NCBI GenBank assembly: GCA_023213395.1
Contig: CM041465.1
Location: 201,693,741-201,757,740, forward strand
Origin: Cycas panzhihuaensis
Lineage: Eukaryota > Plantae > Cycadophyta
Reading direction: 5' to 3'
DNA: 64,000 nt
The notes below the pieces were generated by a model. That model did not search any database, was not told the origin of the DNA, and worked only from the letters and a program-made list of their open reading frames with translations. A program made the translations under genes and the position numbers. Below, piece after piece: positions 49,932 through 63,621 of this stretch; the stretch's first letter is position 1, and each line of letters begins with the position of its first letter.

Positions 49932-52900
49932 TGAAGGAAAGATGGATTTAGGGAATAAATCATTCACATGCACACAATGGCAATGGAGAATGAAAAAGAG
50001 ATGAAACAAGATATGAAAGCAAGCTTGCAGGTGAGAATGAATAATGACTCCCTCCTTGAGATTTTGCTTTTTATGATTGAGGGTAAGCATTAGGGTTAGG
50101 ATTTTTCTGCCTAATGACATAAACTCAAAATTACATCTAAATGCACATAAAGTGCATTTCATTAAGAGACTAATGTTAATCAATATATCCTAAGGTCATA
50201 TAATTAATTTACACAAATGACCCTGATACATTAACCTCTTTCAATCCCCTCCTTAATAGTAGAAGGTCATTTTTTAGAAAATCTATTCTATAAGGTCTTC
50301 ATTTGAGCCTCATTATTACATTAAAATTCTAAATGACACTTTTATGGGAAAACCCTCATGAAGAATAAAAATCCATGAAATTTCTAAGATCTATAGCCCC
50401 TTTTATAAATCAAAATGGCTAACGTATCTCTTTAATATAGCATGATAGCCAAGCATCTTAATCTGCTAAGTCTCTATATACTGTTTGGTCATCCCCAATG
50501 CCCTTTTGGGTTTTCATAGATTCTGATTTTTTAAAACTAGTATAACCCTTATCCTTTCGTACCCACATGGGATTTTCACAAATAGGATAGAGCATAGGCT
50601 TACTCTTATTCTTCCACACCCACAAGGGGTTTTCATGAAGAGAATAGAGTATGATGATCCTATTGCCATCTTCATTAATCAGTTGAAGATGGAGGCCCTA
50701 AGGCCGAGCCACCTTCAAAATTGTTTAAACTTCACCTTTTGTAGTAGTTTGGTGAAGATACCATCCGCTTCATCTATTGTAGGGTAGTATTCCAGTTGAA
50801 TTATACCATCATGAACAAATTCTCTAATCTTGTGGACTTTCGTACTTATGTATTTGGTACGATCGTGAAATACAAGATTTTTTACCATGTAGATGGTGAT
50901 TGATTATCTACATGAAGACTCGTAGGACTTGTTTGGGTGATATTCAATATTTCCAATAATTTCTCAACCATATCACCTCCTTACTGGTCTCAGAAGTAGC
51001 AATGTATTCAGCTTCGGCAGTTGAATCTGCAACTATCTTCTGCCATCTAGATCTCCATGATATTGGTGTTATTTCAAGAAACATTACATACCCAGACATA
51101 GATCTTCCTGTATCTTTATCTCTTGTAAAGTCTAAGTCTATGTATATAGAAAGTTTGAAGTCTGAATTAGGTTCATATAACAAACCATATTTGCTAGTTG
51201 TCTTAAGGTATCTCAACACTCACACTATTACTTGCCAATGATTTTACTTAGGATTTGTCATGTAACGAGCAAGAATGTCGATAGAGTATGCAATATCTGG
51301 CTTTGTATTGGTAGTGTAGATGAGACTACCTACAAGTTTCCTATAGAGTGTTGCATCTGCCTCCCTTGTATCACCTTCAGCTAAGATTTTGGTATTAGGG
51401 TCCATAGGTAAAACTAATGGTCATGCATCTTTTAACTGAAACTTAGTTAGAAGATCGTTGATGCATTTTTCTTAGGAGAGGAAAATTTTTCCATTCTTTT
51501 GTGTTATTTAAATTCCCAAGTAATATTTCATCAAACCAAGGTCAGACAATTTAATTTTTTTGCCAAGGTCCTTTTTCAGCTGGCTTATTGTCTATTCACT
51601 ATTACTCGTTACTAGCATGTCATCCACAAAGATTATGAGATAAGTGACTTTATCCTTATGGCACTTGATGAACAATGTTGCATCAATATCTTGGTAGTTA
51701 TAAATCTCTTATTCAAGTTGCCTCATTATTTCAAACAACTTAGTAAACCAAGTACAAGGACATTCTAAGCATGTAAACCTTATGATCTTGACCTTCGATC
51801 TCATATCCTTCTAGCTGAGCCATGTAAATTTCTTCTTCAAGATCTCCATTGAGAAACACAGTCTTAATATCGAGTTGGTGGATTTTCCAACCCTGTTGAG
51901 CAGCCAAGGCCACAAGAGTTCTAATTGTAGGCCATTTGGTTGTAGGTAAAAAGACTTCAATGTAGTCGATGCCTTCCCTTTATGTAAATCCTTTAGCAAC
52001 CAACCTTGTCTTATATTTTTCAAGGGTGTTGTCTGATCTATATTTATTTTTTAATACCCATTTATCTTGAGCTATCTTTCTGCCAAGTGGTAGATCAACG
52101 AGCTCCTATGCACTATTCTTGATAAGAGATTGGTACTCTTCATTTATAGCATTTCTCAAAATTATATGTTTTACTGCTTCTTGGTATGTTAGGGGCTCTT
52201 CATTAAGAATAAAGTGCAGTTTTCCCGGTTCAAGCTTAGTGTATAATGATTCTTGCATTCTTGCTCTATGGGAACTTTGACTGCCAGTTTTGCCCACCTT
52301 ATTTGGTCGTATGTCCTTATTGAGTTGGTAGGTTTCTCGAGATCCTCGAGTTGTGAATGAATTCCTTCTTCCCTCAACTTTTTGGTTATCATCTTATTTA
52401 TTAAAATGATTATTTTGTGAGAAGGATGTTAACGCGCTTGAGGAAGATGGTCCTTCTACCACTATTTTACCTTTGTCGACTGAAGGTGGAGAGGATGCTT
52501 CTTCTATAATGGCTTTACCTTTGTTAACTCTGTTATCTTCAAACGATGGTGTCGGATGTACACTCATCAATTTAGAGTCACAACTTATATCCTCCAAGGC
52601 TCTATCGTTAGTTTCCAATATTTGGAGTAATTTATGTTTGTCCCTCGCTCCCCCACCTGTCCCCCCCTCCCCAAAATTTTAGAATCTAAATATCATACTT
52701 TATAACATGATTATAGTGGCATGAGGGTACTTTAGAGTCTAGTTTAAATAACTGATCCTCTGTCTCCACAAAAACGACATCTCTGGTAATAATATTTTTT
52801 TGTTGTGAAGGTATGAGGACCTTATACCCTTTCTTATCCATAAGGTATCCAAGAAAGATGCCTTTAAGTGCCCTTGGCTAGAGTTTATTTTGATCTGCAT

Positions 52901-55900
52901 CTAGAATATGGGCATAGTATGTAGAGCCAAAATTTTTGAAGTAATGAACAATGGGGGCTTGTTTTGGCCACTTTTCATTAGGTGATTGTACTTTCTTTGA
53001 TGGGCTAACAACATTGATACAATAAATAGTTGTCTAGATAGCTTTGGCCCATAGGTAGGTAGGTACATTTTTGTATATCAACATAGCCTGAGCGATGTTC
53101 ATAATTATCTTGTTCATGCCCTCGGTAACTCCATTTTACTATGGGGTACCTGCTACTATTGTTTGATACTTGATGCCATTGTCTCAAAGGTAGCTTTCAA
53201 ACTCATGTGAGGTATACTCACCACCACTATCAATTCAAAGATATCTGAGTTAATAACCTGACTCTTTTTTAGTGAGGGTTTTAAATTCTTTAAGTACATA
53301 AAAGACTTCATCTTTCTTGTGTAGAAAAACTACCCATACTTTTCTAGTGAAATCATCAATGAAAGAGATGTAATATAACTTGCCCTTTCGTAAATGAATG
53401 GGCATTGGCTCGCACAAATTAAAGTGCACCAATTGTAATGGATGGCTCGATTTCCACTGGCTTTTAGGAAAGGGTTGTCGATAAGATTTGGCAATGATAC
53501 AAGCTTCACATTTAAAGGGCTTAGAGGAGAACTTTGGAAGATTTAGAAGAGTGTTAGAAAGATCTCTAAGTCTATCAATGTGAACATGGCCTATATGAGC
53601 ATGCCAAAGAGATTCTAATGACAATGTTGGATGGGTTAAGATGGAATTAAATGTAAATTCTTCATCAACATAAGGGCTTTGGGCATAATGGGCTTTAGAA
53701 GATGGAGAGTTATTCAGTCGAAAGAGCTTGCTAGAGAGGTGTTTAGTGAAAACTACTTGATTAGTCAGAGGGTGAATGACCTAGAGATTTTGGTCATTTG
53801 TGGTTACACTCAGATCAAATCCATGAGAGACAAGTGTGGATAAGGAGAGTAGGTTTTGTTTGAGATTAGGTATGTATAAGACATCAAGCAATGTAAAATC
53901 TTCTAAGACTAGGAGTTTCAGTCGAATGTTACCAATTCCTTCAATAGGTTATTGTGATTTATTAGTAATGTGAACAACTCCTTAAACATTTAAGTCAAAT
54001 ATTTAATATAGACTATGATTACATGTCATATATTGAGTTGCTCCTGTGTCTATGATCCATTGTCCATCGATTGAAGCCACACTATTGGTAATTCCAATAG
54101 GACTTGGTATTGGTGAAGGGAATTCACAAATGATATATCCACATCGAGCTTCAAAATATCTCTTTGGTTGGTCAATGGTAGTTGATGTTGAAGATCCCTC
54201 AATTCTTTAAACATTTGCTTGTATAAAACCTGCACTACTAAAGGATTCTTCACACATTTCTTCAACATTGTGAGCTTCATGTTTTGTTTGGAACTTGGCC
54301 AACTTATAAGTGGCAGTTCTACAGTCTTTTGTTAAGTGTCCTTTATAGTTACACTGATCACACATAATAGTTTGATTACCAGTTCCTAAAGAGGTACTAG
54401 TTTGGCCTATCTATCTTACTTTTTGTTAAGGTGGCCCTTGGCCTTGAGATTGTCGAGGCTGTGACTAAGGGTTTGATTAACCTTATGAATTGTTTCCCAT
54501 GTTTCTTCCTCTTCCTCTTACTCAGTTATTTCCTCTACCATGATAGGGACCTTGATTTTTTGTGTAGTAAACTTCTTCTTCCACCTCAAAGGATGCATCT
54601 GGAAGAGAGTCAGAGGCTATAAAGTTGGTATCAAAGGTCTTGTCAATTTCTATGAATTTCTCAGTGAGTACTTCAAAGTTGAGTGTCTTTAATATTTCAT
54701 TAGATTGAAGACTTCCAAGCAAGTTTTTATAATCAAGGATATGTAGACATGATTGGATTAAGAATGACTAAGTGGTATATTAGGTCTTAAAATCTTTATC
54801 AATTGTCTATTTTATTGGTCGAAGGAGATTTATTGTCTCATGAACTCGTCCCTTCTACATTTTTAATTTGTTTATTTTCAAAATAAGATAAACAAATTTT
54901 AAATCTAACTTGGTATCAAAGTTCTTGAGAAATTCAAGGACTTTCTAGGTTGTATCATGTTAATCTTCATTAATCAAGTTGTGCAAGGAGTGATTAATGA
55001 CCAACAGAATTCCTACACGAATCTTTTCATCATCTATCTCCCATTGTAATTTGGCTGCAACATCTGTAGAAGCTGTTGGGGTGGATCCACCAGAAGCAGA
55101 TGTTGTAGCTATCACTAGTATGATGGGTGTAGGCTGCAAGTGGGCTCTCTAAAGGCCTTCATACTTTACAACATTTTTAACTCCAATGTACTACAAATCC
55201 TAATTTTCTTTGCCTTTCAATATGCAATTGACATTCTGCTTGAATTAAGATGACATGGTAATGATGAAGAAGTAGAAGAGATGATAGAAGTATATGCCAT
55301 TGACATGTGTGGATAATACACGTGACGCAACAAGGATATAGAAATGAATACTATGATGAGAAGCAAGCAATGATTAAGTATTTTTTAACAAAAATGAGTA
55401 TAAGTAATGATGCAAGAATGAGGCCTAATATAGAGCTGGCAAAGAGTGGTGATGTGTCATGCCACTAACCTCTAACTTACGTCCAAATGTAGCTAAGGTT
55501 TTAATGCCTAAGGCTTCTAGTATACGATTAGGACCTTCACCCACGATACCCACACCTGCGCTTAGTGATGAAATCCAAGTCACAGTGGAGCCTAGGTACT
55601 TCCAGTCCTCACTCAGTTTTCTAGTGAGTAGCTATATACCTCCTCTGAAGAGTCAAATAGTACTGTGTATCCCACAGCTATGATGAATATTAAACTAGGT
55701 TAATTTTAATCTTGTATTAAATTTTTTTTGTTTTCCCGGATGGTTATCAGGATTATCACTGATTGGAGGCTATAGGTATGGCTAACATATCCATCCACCA
55801 CTATTCTGGTTAAGACTAGACCTAGTATAAAACTCACACCTCCCTTAGGATATAGACTTCAGCCGACCTTGGTCTATTTCAACCAACTCGAGTGTGTGCA

Positions 55901-57491
55901 CAAGTCAAGAACTAGCAATATAGATCGTACAGATGAGATTCCTTTTAGGAATAATGTAAGATGTTTTTGAATAACTGGAAACTAAAATAGAAAGTTGCCA
56001 AATGTGTTTGCTTACTTTTCGTGCTTACTTTGTTGTTGTCGTTGCTTTATATGACGCTTTATGCTATGTGTGTAAATAGAAAAAGCATGCTAGATTTAGT
56101 AGGGGAACTGGATATTGCTTCTAATCCAAGGTTTCCCTTACTTTAGTATAATGTTTTCAAATATGTTTTTTAAAGTTTTGATATAAAAGCTACAATGGGC
56201 TAAAAAGCGGATCAATTTTCCACTAAAATGATGATTTTTCTAAATCTATATGCATGTTATTTTGCCCTATTTTATGATTTTTTCATAAAATTTATAAATA
56301 ATAATAAATTGACAAAGTTTTCTAGAAATTACAAATATGAAGGCCTAAATGATTAAATCTAATTTTATGACAGAAGGAAAAAGTATTCAGAATATCATTT
56401 TTAATAGAGTTATAAAATCATATTTTTGAAAATGCACAAAAAAATTTCTACATGAAAAAGCACAAAAGCAAAATCCTACCAGATCCACTATCTCAAAATC
56501 TAAACTTCAATATGTCAAAAGTTATGTTTTGATACAAATATCAACTTTAACTTCTACACCATCTCCAAAATTAGTAAAAAAATTACCCAAAATGCCCTCG
56601 CAATATCTTTTATGGGGTTGAGTAGGCAAATTTAGTAACCGTGAGAAAACTTTATAAATCTCACTAACCAATAGATGAAATTTGATGGGATTTATCTTAA
56701 ACTAATCCTAAGACATAAATCTACCAGATCACTTAATAAAACTTTCATATTTTTAGCTTATAATTAAAGGATTTTATTGAGAAAAGTGCCTTAAATCACT
56801 TACAGCAAAAACTCACTATTTCAGGCTGAATCTGAAGTTACTCCATAAGAAACAAATGATCCTCTAGTCAGGGTGACCTTGTATGCTAAATTTTATCATA
56901 ATCAGAGATGGTCAATATTTTTTATGAAATTTTGGGCATTTAATACTTCTGGGACTGTTTCAGTAGTTGAACGGCTTCAAAAATATGTATTCTTCACCTC
57001 TGGATTTCTCACACATAGAGAAAGTAGCAACATACAAAGTACTATAATTTTAAGCTCTTAAAATATTAAAAAATGATGAATACACTCTCAATACTTCACA
57101 TTAAAGGTGAAGGGGAGGCCAAATGGCTCCATACAAGTGAAATGGAATGAATAGATCCCTTTCTAACTCTAATACTATATGAAGGAATGATACATCTAGG
57201 GAATAAATCGCTCACATACACACAATTGTAATAGAGAATGAAAAAGAGATAAAATAAGATATAAGAGCAAGCTTAGAGGTGAGAATGAATAGTGACTCCC
57301 TCCTTGAGATTTTGCCTTTTATTATTGAGGGTGAGCATTAGGGTTAGGATTTTTCTACCTAATGACATAGACCTAAAATTATATCTAAATGCATATAAAA
57401 TGCATTTCATTAATAGACTAATGCTAATCAATATATCATAAGGTCATATAATTAATCTACACAAATGATCTTGATACATTAACCTCTTTCA
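49932..57491 (-). mobile_element. Full-length decayed Ty1/copia element E3, nested in E4 RT
   Basis: 312-bp LTRs at 49932-50243 and 57180-57491, TSD ATTGT/GTTGT, PBS at 57166-57177, PPT at 50244-50256. Gag from ~55260, protease 'WIIDTGATQYM', integrase ORF 53250-53624, RT, and RNase H ORF 50944-51219. Confidence 0.95.
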
Positions 57492-58355
57492 GTTGTGAGT
57501 GAGTTTGTAAGACCAAGTTCTATTATGATGGAGAGATTGATAAGTATAAGGTAAGACTTATTACATAGAGATTTAAGTATAAATAAAGGATTGATTATAA
57601 GAAGATATTTGCTTCAGTCTTCAAGTTGATAATGGTCTATTTGATCCTTTCATTAGCAATAAAATATAGTTGGGAGTTATATTAGATGGATGTGAAATTA
57701 GCATACCTTAATGGAGAGGCAAAAAAGGAGATTTACATGGTGTAATCTCTTGGTTTTGTTAAGGAAGGATAAGAGCATCTTATCTGCCATTTGAAAAATT
57801 CACTTTATGGCATAAAGCAAGAGCCATATCCTTAGTATGCTAAGATCAATACTAGATTAAAAGAAGGGGGATTTATTATCATTGATCTAGAGTCGAATAT
57901 ATATATTCAAAAGAGAAAAACTTTAATAATAGTTATTATGTTATATGCCGATGATTTATTTATTACTAGCAACTATAATAGGACTATTATGGGAATAAAA
58001 TCTAATTTGGGAGCAACCTTTGACATGAGAGATCTCAGTGCTTTGTGTTATTTCTTTGGCAATATGGTAGCATAAATAGAAGATAAATTATGGTATTATA
58101 GATAAAATATGTAAAGAGCTTACTTAAGAAGTTTAAGATGGAGGATTACAAGCTTGTGAGAACACTGTATATTAAAGGTACTAAGCTACTGAAGGATATG
58201 AAGAAGCCTATAGTAGATGGAACATTATATAGGCAATTGGTAGGGGGTCTCATCTACTTGTTTCATGTTAAGTTAGAGATTATGTATATTATTGGGTTGG
58301 TTTCTCGCTATATATAGAATCTCTAAGAACTACATTAGGTTGCCAAGAAGAGGGT

Positions 58356-58708
58356 TGTAATAGGATTACCCCTATTACCCTTATAATATTCAAAATAAGA
58401 GTAAGATAACTAAAAAATGATGGAGGTAAATAGAGTAGAGGATGAAGATGAAGTGCACCAAAGATAAACAAAGACTACATTACAGTGCATCTAAACCAAT
58501 AATATTTTATTAATGACATAACCTTCATAATATATTGAGTGGGGATTTTATAACAAAAACCTCACTCTCTTCTCATAATATTATATTCACCTATCTTTAA
58601 GCTACCAAATCTCCTATTTCCTTATTATTTAATTTCCTTAAAATTAGTGTTTACTAACCTTAATCTTATACTAACTAACCTACTCTCATGTGGTGAAGGC
58701 CCACCACA
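58356..58708. repeat. Solo LTR (353 bp) inserted in E4 RT/RNase H
   Basis: TGTAA...CCACA termini with TSD AGGGT/AGGAT. Removing it restores 'H*VAKKRILKHVKG'. Confidence 0.85.
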
Positions 58709-59293
58709 AGGATTCTAAAACATGTGAAAGGGCATTTACATGTTGGTTTGGATAACCTTCATAATGGAAAGCCACAATTGATTATATATATTGATGTTAA
58801 CTAAGGTGAAAATATCGATGATTGTAAGTCTATTATTGGATATATTTTGGTATTAGAGATAGACCTATTGTATTATCTTTCACTAAGGCTAAATATTAAG
58901 GTTTATCTATTAGTGCTATGGTTGTAAGAACTATTTGATATTCTAGGAATACAAAGCGACATATCAATTATATTAATCAATAATTAGAGTATTATTTATT
59001 TGTCAAAGAATCTAAAGTTCTACACTCATACAAAGCATATTGAGATCTAACATCATTATATTCATGAGTAGATTTAGGTAGGGAAGTTCTAGATCAAATA
59101 TTATTTGAGTAAGGATTAACTTAGAGATGTATTTACAAAGGCACTTACTAAAGATCAATTCACAAGACTTTGAGCCAAGTTGGGAGTTACTGAAGTTATC
59201 CTTGACGGGGGATATATCAACAAATATAATTTCTATCTTCATCTAGAGATTTCTAACTAAAGTTTAATTCCCCATATTTCCATTAAGGGAGAA

Positions 59294-59624
59294 TGTTAGG
59301 AGTGATTAAGTGTTAATCACATAGTTAATTAATCTAAATGTGGCTAATTGATGAGTTGATTAGTTAAATACCCATGATTAACGAAGAGTTTCATATCTTT
59401 AGATGGATGTACCTTATGGGTTTGTATATATATTAAACCTTAAGTTGGATGTGTCATCTTATGTTAGTATAAGAAACATAATAATTTATTTGATTTGGTG
59501 GGTTTTTTATCAAAAGGGTTTTTTCACGTATATCTGGTGTATTGTTCTTTAATGTTTGATAATTGTCATGTATACTAAAGATTTTATGAATGTTATACAT
59601 GTCAAACCATTCATAATCTTAACA
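59294..59624 (+). repeat. E4 3' LTR
   Basis: TGTTAG...TTAACA termini directly after the PPT. Confidence 0.88.
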
Positions 59625-59629
59625 TTCCT

Positions 59630-60865
59630 TAAAACATTAAGAGTGTAAATTCATTACTATTTTTCAAGCAATATCTTTGATTGGCATCTAGTTAACAAAC
59701 ATTAGCAAAAAATACTTTTGTATATTTAGAGTATTGTTTTATAATTTTAAGTTAGGTTTATTTCTATTCCTAATTCTTGTTTGAGATTTTTCTAGACATT
59801 GCTCTTATAAGGTAATGATTTTTCCAACTTGCATGTACCTCATGAATATTTTGTCTAGGTTAATTTCAGTTGTACCAAGCTTCCTTAACCATTGGTTTCT
59901 TAGAATCACATGGCTACTACTAATCTTAGTTATAGAGAAATTTTTTTTTATGATATTATTTTCTATATTTAGATTGAATACTTCTAAAATGCCTTGTCCT
60001 AAGATATATTGTCTTCCTTCTACATATATCTAAAATTTGAGAGTCCATTTGGGAATAGTTTCAAGCATTGGGCTATGTACTTATTTATAAAATCATGAGT
60101 ACTTCTTGAATCGACCAAATCTTCTTAGTTTGAGAGTATTATATTTGGAGATTTCAGACATAGGTGATAGGGATATTTGTGGTATGTTATGCTTTAGGGT
60201 GGTTGTTATTTCAAGTATGACCTCAAATTTTAGATCATCCTCTCTTCTTGAATTCCCATCTTTTACTAGTTCTAGTGTAATATTGAAAAGTTGATTTTTA
60301 ATGCATTTATACTATGGTACCTATTCTTCCACACATTTAAAACCATAGACATTTCTTCTTCAACCCATCTTGTTCTAATTTAAATCTTTTATAGCATGGA
60401 TCTAGCTTGTGTAAGTGACTTGAAGGGTTTAGTTATCAGTGCATACTTTCCTTCTAGGGTTGGAGGCATTTTTACCCTAACAAATAGGAGAATATATACT
60501 TTAAATCTGGTTTTATTTAATGAGTTGGCTTTGTCTTCATAAATGTGAGCTAATTGCATTATCTTATTAAGGCCTAGGGGCTCTCATGTCAAAACATCAG
60601 CTTGTATTTCTATTGTTACATTGTTAATATATAGTTAAGCTAGATTATGTATGGGAATATTTTCTATTACATATGCTAGTAGTTTGGTGAATGCAATATT
60701 ATATTTCTCAATTGAGTCAATCTATTTTAATTTTCCAAGTTCATAATAATAGTCAATTTTCCAAGTTCATAATAATAGTCTAAATTGGTAATTATCTCAA
60801 ATCTTTTGAGAAATGTTATCATAAATACTCTCTATAAAGGTTGTTAAAGTTGGTATATTGTTATA
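59630..60865 (-). mobile_element. Decayed Ty3/gypsy gag-protease remnant
   Basis: Minus strand reads 'FLKRF...YELGKLK*IDSIEKYNIAFTKL...EIQADVLT*EP...MQLAHIYE', followed by Cys-motif and protease-like remnants. Contains a 26-bp perfect tandem duplication at 60729-60780. Confidence 0.7.
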
Positions 60866-61439
60866 TATGTTAGAATATAATATTTAATATAAGGGTCATT
60901 TGTTTAATGTGAGAATCATTATGAATTATAATTAAAGAGTATTTAGTGGGTAGTTAGGTGGTTAGGTTATTAGGTAGTTATATAATAATCATTAATAACC
61001 TTAAACCATGAATTATATATGTACACATTCGATTATTCAAAAAGATATATTGGTTTTTTTTTTTTATCGAGTGTATATATTTTTCTTACATGGCATCAAA
61101 GTAGGTTTGAGAGGTAACCATGCTCATTCTTCTTGAGATGGTACTTCTCAAACTTAGAATATGTGAGAAAGTAGAACTTCTACATTGAATATTCTCTACA
61201 TTCGTAGGATGAGGACATGAGTAAGATGGAGAGAAGGCCATGGCAAAGGCCTGCTATGAAAATTAGAGATTCGTGGAAGAAAGAGTAGGTCTAGAGTATG
61301 GGGGCTAAATTTTATAGGATTCCTGAGTCTTCAATTCACGTCTATACTATCTCCTACCTAGTTTATTACTCAGATGTAGTTGCCTACACTCTATGCAACA
61401 AATAATGCCAATTGAAGCACACTAAATTCTTCAAAGTAC

Positions 61440-62960
61440 AAGTGAAGGAAGTTCCCCAAAAAAAATATTAATGACAAAATTTCAATGTTAAAGGTTAATC
61501 CAAGTTTGGAAACCAGAGATGGTGATGATTCCACAATGATTTATAGGATCATGAGGGAAAATGAAGGTGAAATTGATGCTGCATTGGAAAAATATGGAAT
61601 CAAATATATCCTAAGCTAATGGAAAAGGTGTTAGATATGTTTGAGTATTTATAGAAGCCTATTTTTAGGAATTTTTCATGGGTAGGCTATTAGTCTGCCT
61701 ATAAACACACACCTCAGGCCTATAATTTGATGATGAAGATTATGGCCAAGATGTGAGAGTTGGATTCCACCTAGGTGAAGAATGAAGAGTTAGTTACTAA
61801 TGAAACCTTTGTTATTCTTATGAGGAGATATATGAGGGTTGGAATGGTCAAAGCAGCCTTATGCACATTCAATTTAATGGAGTATTTTAGGTGTGAGGAT
61901 GATGTAGATGCCTTCAATGTTCTACTAGGCATATTGTGCAAGGAAGACAAGGCTTAAGAGAATTGCAAAGTCTAATAACCTCTTAGATCAAATGGTAATC
62001 CATAGAATCACACCTAGTGCTGTGACTTATATTACCCTTATAGATGGCTATTGTATAGCATCTAGGGTTGAAGATTCCCAAAACTCTTAGAGCATGTGAA
62101 AATAGAGAGCTACAAACTTAATGTTATCATACATAATTCCATTATCGATGCATTTAGGGAAGGTAGAAGGTTTCAAGAAGCCCTTACAGTGATGGATAAA
62201 ATGGCTACTAATGGCTACACACCCAATATCTCCACCTACAGCTCATTGGTCAAAGGATTATGTAAGCAAGAAGATCTAGTCAGTGTGAGTAAAATCCTTA
62301 AAATAATGATAAAAAGAGGATGTCTTCCCACAGCCATGACGTCTGATTACTTCTTTAGGTTCTTCTTCAAATATGGGAAAATAAAAGAGGGCATGAATAT
62401 ATACACTAAGATGATACAATCTGGATATGTTTGGGATTGACTCACTTACCAATTATTGATAAAGATGTGTGAGAAGGGTCAAGTGATGTTGGCATTACAA
62501 GTTAAGAAGGATATGGATACCAAAGATTGTGACTGTGATCTAGAAACCTATACCAAGTTGATTAATTAACTTTGCAGATTAAACAAATTAGAGGAAGCCT
62601 ATAAACACTTCTAGGTAATGGTCCATAAGGACATTTCACCATAGTATGTTACCTATGAAATGCTCATAGATAGATTGAGGAAATTAGACCACTATGATAA
62701 TGTTCGCTTGCTCTCAGACATGAGGGCAGTAAATCTGTATTCAAAGATATTAAAATACATATAAAAGGGGTAATGCCTAAGAACTTTTAGATTTAATACT
62801 TGATAAAGCTCAAAAAATTTCTAAAAGACTGAGAAGTAGGGTGAGTTCTAAGAGGCTTACTAAAATAGGCAGCATAAGCCCATAACAAGAGCTCCTATAG
62901 AGCATTGTAGAAATTTCTTGGTAGTTCATAGAATAGATCAAAGCTAAAGCAAACTGTGGA
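61440..62960 (+). pseudogene. P-class PPR pseudogene, At5g11310/SOAR1-like
   Basis: PPR motifs in ORFs 61775 and 62096, followed by 'YFFRFFFKYGKIKEGMNIYTKMIQSGY..D*LTYQLLIKM...LALQVKKDM...P*YVTYEML', which follows the At5g11310 C-terminus as recalled from memory. Contains stops, frameshifts and an apparent deletion near 61960. Confidence 0.8.
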
Positions 62961-63177
62961 TGAGAAAGTTCCATATAATATCCAAAGACAAAAATGGTGG
63001 ACCCATTCATTTGGCATAGAATTATAGTATATTTAGGTAGGCTTAAGAATCTAAATTACTACTTGAGCCAGGTGATCTTCATTTAAATCTCCCCACATGT
63101 AACAAAGTTTTACTTTCTTATGCCTTCTTGAATCAATAATTTTCTTATTGATGATGCTTTTAGAATGGTTTATTCTC

Positions 63178-63621
63178 AATGCAAGGGCCTCTAAAACTTA
63201 CCCTTAATAGGTTAGTACCATCCTTAAGAATGGGTACATCATGATCAAGGATAGAGCCTATAAGGTGATTGAGGTATCCACCTCAAACACTAGAAAACAT
63301 GGCCATGATAAGTGCCATTTTGTTGTTATCAATTCTTTTAATGGTAAACAACTTGAAGATATTGTTACATCCTCTTACAACTATGGTGTTTCCCATGTTA
63401 CTTGCACTAATTATCAGTTGATTGATATTTCTGAGGATGGATTTATGAGTTTGTTGATTGATAGTGGAAATCCCAAGGATGATCTTAAACTCCCCATTGA
63501 TGAACCGCCACTTACCCAAATCAAAGAAGTATTTAGAGAGGGAAAAGACCTGGTTATTACTATGATGTCTATAATAGGTGAGGAGCATATTTGTGCAGTA
63601 AAAGATATTAGTCCAAAGTAA
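63178..63621 (+). pseudogene. eIF5A: Processed pseudogene of eukaryotic translation initiation factor 5A
   Basis: 'ASKTYP**VSTILKNGYIMIK...STSNTRKHGHDKCHFV...YQLIDISEDGF...KDDLKLP...GEEHICAVKDISPK*'. It is intronless, 5'-truncated and has two in-frame stops; the hypusine motif is degenerate. Confidence 0.95.

Larger units (their letters stand above)
26780..59624 (+). mobile_element. Ancient outer Ty1/copia element E4, split by about 27 kb of nested insertions
   Basis: The 5' LTR ends at 27114 and is followed by PBS 'tggtatcagagt' (27115-27126). The 3' LTR (59294-59624) follows PPT 'aagggagaa'. Both LTRs end 'aaaccattcataatcttaa(c/t)a'. Gag-pol segments are 28386-28701, 47731-49931, 57497-58355 and 58714-~59200, and they rejoin in reading order. 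The 5' LTR start is uncertain and no TSD was found. Confidence 0.7.

Noticed and set aside
63241-63621. Functional eIF5A gene from the 126-aa ORF
   Set aside because: The N-terminus is missing, two stops lie just upstream in frame, and the hypusination motif is mutated (KTGKHGHAK to NTRKHGHDK).
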